Positions 56,897 through 64,000 of a stretch of 64,000 nucleotides of DNA are shown in pieces. The position numbers were made by a program, and so were the translations under genes. Source of the stretch: the human T2T-CHM13v2.0 reference genome, Homo sapiens; the NCBI RefSeq assembly GCF_009914755.1, contig NC_060934.1; one strand, 5' to 3'. The notes beneath the pieces are model-generated. The model had not been told where the DNA came from, made no database searches, and saw only the letters and a program-made list of their open reading frames with translations. Every line of letters begins with the position of its first letter. Positions within the stretch are counted from its first letter, which is position 1.

Positions 56897-57990
56897 GCAA
56901 GTGTTTAGAGACTTTTTAAAATCCTATTGAACATACCTTCTATTTCTTCTCATACTTCATGCTCATTTCTCTAGAAGGGCTTATTTGGTTTAGAGTGGGT
57001 CTGGTAACATCCTCTGTAAATAATTCAGTGCTTTCACAGGATGACTTCTAGGTTGTTTGCTTTTATATTGGGTCCCTGAGCTGGTTATTACATCACCCAT
57101 ATGTCTTAGACTGGAGGAAGACTGGGGCCCAGTGAAATAAGCTCTCACACAAGTTGGAATTAGTGCATAGCAGATTCCATCTGTTTTTGCCACTGGCTTC
57201 CTTCTCCCTCATATCAGGACAAAGTTCTTGCTATAAAAGAAAAAAAAAAAGTCAAAATATCATAGTTTCATTCCCACAGGCAGTTTGGCTTTGGTTATGT
57301 ATTTGACTCTTAGACCTGTACCTTGTGCCCAGCACTGAGGATACAACGCAGAATGGGACATGCCCCAGCCTCCTCTCAGAGCCACTAAGATGTGGAGAAT
57401 TCTTGCTGAGGAACAAACACATGTTTTTGCCTGTCTGTGGTTTTCGAAGTTTAAAAAATGTTTGCACCTTCATCTCTGTAATGTACATGTCTAGGTTCTT
57501 TATTTTTAATTTAACTTTTGCCAATGCTAATCTTTGCCTGTTTGTACTAAAGGAGTAGGACGTGGTGGTTGCTAGCCAATTTCCTGAAAATATAAATTAA
57601 AAGGAAAAAGTAAGACAAAACAGGATCCCAGAAAAGGATAAGGCCTGTAACCTCAGGACTTTTCTACTTTTTTTTTTCTTTTCTTCCTTTTTTTTTTTTT
57701 TTTTTTTTTTTTTTTGTGACACGGTCTCACTCTGTCACCCAGGCTCTGGAGTGCAGTGGCTCAGTCTCAGCTCAGTGTGTAGCCTCAACCTCCTGGGCTC
57801 AAGCCATCCTTCCAGGTCAGCTTTCCAAAGTGGTGGGATTGTTGACGTGAGCTACTGTGCCCAGAGAGGACTTTTCTTTTTACCCTGGCAGTGCCCCCGC
57901 AACTTAGCTTGTTAAGAAAAAAGATTTCACTAAATTTAGTTACGAATTTTATGTAGATTGCACATGTTAATACAGTGTTTTATTTTCCAG

Positions 57991-58105
57991 CTCATGCGGA
58001 TGATTTATTCCCATTTTTCTTGAGACATGCCAAACAAATATTTCCTGTGTTGGACTGTAAGGATGATCTACGTAAAATCAGTGACTTAAGAATACCACCT
58101 AACTG
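57991..58105 (+). CDS. SUPV3L1: SUPV3L1 exon 4 ([19 protein letters not shown]...DLRIPPNW)
   Basis: ttccag|CT, CTG|gttagt; 115 nt. Confidence 0.95.
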
Positions 58106-58847
58106 GTTAGTTTCTCCATTTGTGGATTTGAAATTTTCAGTTTCTAATCTTGGATGATTCGTGGTCATTATTTTTTTTTATTGTATTCTAGATAACAAAT
58201 TATAAGGAGTCTGGATTAGGTTGTTTTCCTAAAATAAAAAGAGGCAGTTAACTCTTTTAGGCAATTCACTGGTATCTTACCTTGATCCGGATTGAGTGTG
58301 GTTTTAGGTTTTATTAGGGCAGATCTAGAATAGCCCTGACTTAAGGATGTCGTCCTTAAGTGTAAGCTATGGCCTTCCTGGTGTTTTAGCTGAGCGCCTG
58401 GGTGTTAATGAGTTCTTTCCACCATGGCTGGAACTGCAACATCACCTAGCACTTGAGACGTCTTTGAGACTTTCCACTGAAACCCTTGGTAGGCTGCTCA
58501 TTCCTAGACCCTGCCGATTCTTACCTTGTACATGGTTAGCCCAGCCCTTGGCCAGGAATTCGCAGGGAACCCCCACACAGACTTCTGGGCTCTCCTTCTA
58601 TGCACCCTTCTCTTCCACAGTCTATTCTTCACATTTTAGCTGCTGAAGCAGCTCTGAACTTAATCTCTGCTGCTCGCTTCAGTGGGACTGTCATATTCTG
58701 CTTGGGTTCCACCTCCCTATGCCTTGCTGGGGTGCAGTACGGCTCATCCCAAGTGTTCTTTTCTTTCAAGGATTGCAGTCCTGCACTGCCTTGTGGCCCA
58801 TGTCCCCACACATTTATTGCATGTATTTTGCCCCACTTTGTACTTGA

Positions 58848-58979
<132 letters not shown>

Positions 58980-58982
58980 TGA

Positions 58983-59276
<294 letters not shown>

Positions 59277-59623
59277 TAGAGTTATGTGTTTAGAGCTGTG
59301 GGAATGATGTGAACATAGTATGGAACTGATAGCAGCTTAAATTTATTTTTAGTAACCGCTGAGAAAAAGAGATTTGTACAATGGGAAAAATTTCCAAGAC
59401 ATTAATTTGCATTTGGGTTTTTCTGTCCTCTAGTTAGTAAATGCTATTCTTGGAAACCAGTCATTATTTTAATGTGGATATGAAACCCATTGTTTAGTTT
59501 TTCAAAGACTTGATCTTGTGAACATTAAGAGGATATTTCATTTGGAATTTGTTTCATTTGCTGTCTTTGCCAGGATGGATTTTGAGGTTAATGGATTAAG
59601 CTGTTTACCTACTCATGTTTTAG

Positions 59624-59792
59624 GTACCCAGATGCTAGAGCCATGCAGCGGAAGATAATATTTCATTCAGGCCCCACAAACAGTGGAAAGACTTATCACG
59701 CAATCCAGAAATACTTCTCAGCAAAGTCTGGAGTGTATTGTGGCCCTCTAAAATTACTGGCACATGAGATCTTCGAAAAGAGTAATGCTGCT
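59624..59792 (+). CDS. SUPV3L1: SUPV3L1 exon 5 with Walker A / helicase motif I GPTNSGKT (59670-59693) and motif Ia GPLKLLA
   Basis: ttttag|GTAC, GCT|gtcagt; 169 nt; Suv3-family signature. Confidence 0.97.
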
Positions 59793-59893
59793 GTCAGTAT
59801 ATTACCAAATATTTGCTCATTTTTTTCTTAATTTTCTTTTTTGGTGGGAGTGGGAAAAGATGTTTGTAGTAATTTACTGTTAACAAGAAATTA

Positions 59894-60385
<492 letters not shown>

Positions 60386-61194
60386 ATTGAAGAACATTTT
60401 ACATATGTAGAGAAATGCAGAAAGTAACATACAAATAAGCTTGAACCTATTACACCACCTCATCATATCTTTACATTTTATCATACTTGCTTCACTTACT
60501 TTTTTAAGAAATAAAATATTGTTGCTACTCTCAAAACTCTGTAGTCCTTTGCCCCATCAGAGTTAAGCACTACTCTATGATATTTAATTTACCTTTTATA
60601 GATTAGACCTCTGATGCTATCAGCTAGAGCTAATGATAAAGACTGAAGCTACCTTTTCAAAACTGAAAGGACTGAAGCCCTGTAGTCTGAGGCATCATTT
60701 TCACTAAATGGGCTACATTTTGGTTCATTGTTTTATTATGACTTTATAATGTGAGTTTAACCAGTTTTGGTAGGTAATTTGCATTCTCTTTTTTTTTTCT
60801 GAACAGTTTGAGCAATTTACATACATAATACCTCTTTATCTGTAAATACTTGAGAATATGTTTCCTCAGAACAGACTTTTACGTAACCACAGGATATTTG
60901 TCTGAAGCAGGACATTTAATATTGATAGATTACTCTTACTTAATACACAATCTATATTCAAATTTTATCAATTGTCCAATTACACCCCATCCTCCACCCC
61001 TCCAGGGTTCTTTTCAGGGTCTTACACTGTATTTAGTTGTCATATCTCTAGTTTCCATTAATCTTGGACAGTTCCTCAGTCTTCCTTTGTCTTTCATAAC
61101 CTGTACATTTTGGAAGACTATAGGTCAGTTGTGTTGTGAACTGTCTCTCAGTTTGGATGTGTCTGGTGTTTCCGCATGATTAGATTCAGGCTAT

Positions 61195-61306
61195 TATGAT
61201 GACCAGCCATCCCAGTTTGCCTGGACTTCTCCAGATTTAGCACCAAGAGTCCTCCATTCTGGGGAACCCATTAGTCCTAGACAAACCAGAATGGTTGATC
61301 ACCCTG
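61195..61306. mobile_element. MER81-like hAT-Blackjack MITE
   Basis: TGACCAGCCATCCCAGTTTGCCTGGACT...GACAAACCAGAATGGTTGATCACCCT inverted termini. Confidence 0.7.
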
Positions 61307-62012
61307 ATACAGCATTAATGTTGGTCCCTCTCAGGGAATTATAATAGGAGGTCTTTACTTCTTAAATTGTATTTATAATGTTCTTCTTGAATATAGAAAC
61401 AACTCATTTTAATGAAGTCAAATAGTTCAGAGATGTACAAAGTTAAAATGTGAAACTGCTGCAGTGTCTCATGCTTTTGTTACCTGAGGATTTAGCTGAT
61501 TTGAGATGTTTCCAGGTTTACCCAAGTTGTGTAAGAGAGTGGCTCTTATTTTACTTTATTTTTTATAAAAGGGAAAAAAGCATTGGGAATTTTTTTTTTT
61601 TTTTTTTTTGAGACAGTCTTGCTCTGTCTCCAGGCTGGAGTGCAGTGGCATGATCTCGGCTCACTGAACCTCCATCTCTCAGTTCAAGTGATTCCCCTGC
61701 CTCAGCCTCCCGAGTAGCTGGGACCACAGGTGTGCAACACCACTCCCAGCTACTTTTTCTGTTTTTGGTAGAGATGGGATTTCATCATGTTGGCCAGGAT
61801 GGTCTCTATCTCTTGACCTTGTGATCTGCCCACCTCAGCCTCCCAAAGTGCTGGGATTACAGGCATGAGCCACCGTGTCTGGCCGTGGGAACATTATGTT
61901 TTAACTGTGAAACAAACTAATTTGGTGGTAGTGGAGAGAACACCCTGTTAAATATCCAAAACGTATTTTTGCATTATTTTCAATAATTCTAGTTTTTTTT
62001 CTGTCTTTCTAG

Positions 62013-62459
<447 letters not shown>

Positions 62460-64000
62460 TGACCATGGTATTTTTAATTTTAAAATACACTTGAACATGT
62501 GAAATACGATTTTTTTGTGTGAAGAAAAAATTTTAAAATCTAGAAAAAGAAGAGAATAAGTATGACAAACGTGCGATCCTGCCACCACTGACAAATGCCT
62601 GCACCTGAAGTTCTTTCCCTTTTTCTCTTAAAGGAGCTGAAATGTTAATAAGCATAATTGAAATTTCCTTTGTACCACTCTCCAGTTTAATTCCTCTCTC
62701 CTCTTTTGTTCTAACTAGTAACAGATATTTGGTGTGTATAGTTTTCCTGTCTCTTTTCAGGATATATATTATATCACTGATACGTATTACCAGTATTCTA
62801 GATTGTTGTGTTTTAAAACATTTATGTGATTATTGTATTATTATTGTTCTACCACTTGCTTGTTTACTCCACAAATGTGTTTAGATCTATCTAGTCTTAT
62901 TGAAGTATCTATAGCTACATATTTGTAGTTATTTCATTTAAACTGTTTTATAGTATTCCATCTTAGAACTGAAATTATTTGTTCCCCATTTGTTAAAGGA
63001 TATTTAGGTTGTTTAAAGTTTTTTCCTGTTATGTACACTGCCACAATGAGCTTCTATTTAAAGTTGTTTTGTTTTGTTTTTGAGTCAGGGGCTCACTGTG
63101 TCACCCAGGCTGAAGTGCAATGGCGCAGTCATGGCTTACTGCAGCCTCGACCTCCTGGGCTCAAGCAATCCTTCTGCCTTAGCCTCCTGAGTAGCTACAA
63201 CTACAGGTGTGAGCCACCACACCCAGCTAATTTTTTATTAATAAATTTTTTGTGGAGATGGGTTCTTGCTGTGTTGCCCGGACTGGTCTCTAATTCCTGG
63301 CCTTGTGTGGTCCTCCCACCTAGGTCTCCCAAAGCAGTGGGATTACAGGTATAACCCACCGCACCTGGCCTTAACATTTAAGTGAAAATTAACTTTTTCC
63401 TTATTATGTAAGCAATCATATCTTCATTATTGAAAATATAAAAATGTAAGCAAGCAAACAGAAGAAAACAAATGTACATAATTTCCCAGTCCCACCTATC
63501 CGGAATCAATAGGTGTTAATTAACCCTATATATTTTCCAGACTTTGTTAATATTTGTGTTCATGTTGTGTATGCATATAGTTATATGTGCATGGTGGGTG
63601 TGTATATTAAACAAATAGGTACTTTACTATTTGGTAGCTTGCTTTTTTTCATTTTAATAATCAACTTTGTGAGAAGAATAGTTTTTAAAAAATCAATACA
63701 TTATAAAGTAATATATTGTACAGTTGCACAGAAGTTTATAAATCAGAATTTCTTCTCTATGTCTTCTCTTCTAGTCTCGTTTGTACATATCCAGATCACG
63801 AAGTAGTTTTTTTTTTTTTTTTTTTGAGACAGGGTCTCACTCCTGTCGTTCAGGTGGGAGTGCAGTGGCACGATGACAGCTTATTGCAGTCGTGACCTCC
63901 TGGGCTCAAACAATCCTCCTGCCTCACTTTTAAATTTTTCTTTTGTAGAGAAGAGGTCTCACTTTGTTGCCCAGGCTGGCCTCGAACTCCCGGGCTCAAG

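Overview
Human (primate) genomic DNA, Alu-dense, with two + strand genes in tandem. The first is VPS26A (retromer cargo-recognition subunit): coding exons 2-9 and the 3'UTR. Its ATG-bearing exon 1 lies upstream of the window; exons 2-9 plus that ATG give 984 nt = 327 aa. The second is the 5' part of SUPV3L1 (mitochondrial SUV3 RNA helicase): CpG-island promoter and exons 1-6, including a GC-AG intron. Also present are an antisense RPS12 processed pseudogene, a 7SL RNA retrocopy, two LTR12(F-like)/ERV9 solo LTRs between the genes, MaLR LTRs, L1/L2/L3 relics, hAT and Tc2 MITEs, and dozens of Alus. Almost all ORFs in the supplied track are Alu or L1 artefacts. I cannot establish a new biological system from sequence alone. 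Strongest leads: (1) two independently inserted LTR12 solo LTRs with complementary decay, one keeping promoter motifs and the other the polyA signal; (2) an unexplained GC-rich, self-complementary AATAAA+poly(A) insert filling most of SUPV3L1 intron 2; (3) an in-frame GUG in perfect upstream Kozak context ahead of a weak SUPV3L1 AUG; (4) four VPS26A exons starting with GT that rebuild 5' splice sites at exon junctions. Repeat subfamily calls are from memory of consensus sequences, and repeat boundaries are approximate unless TSDs are given.
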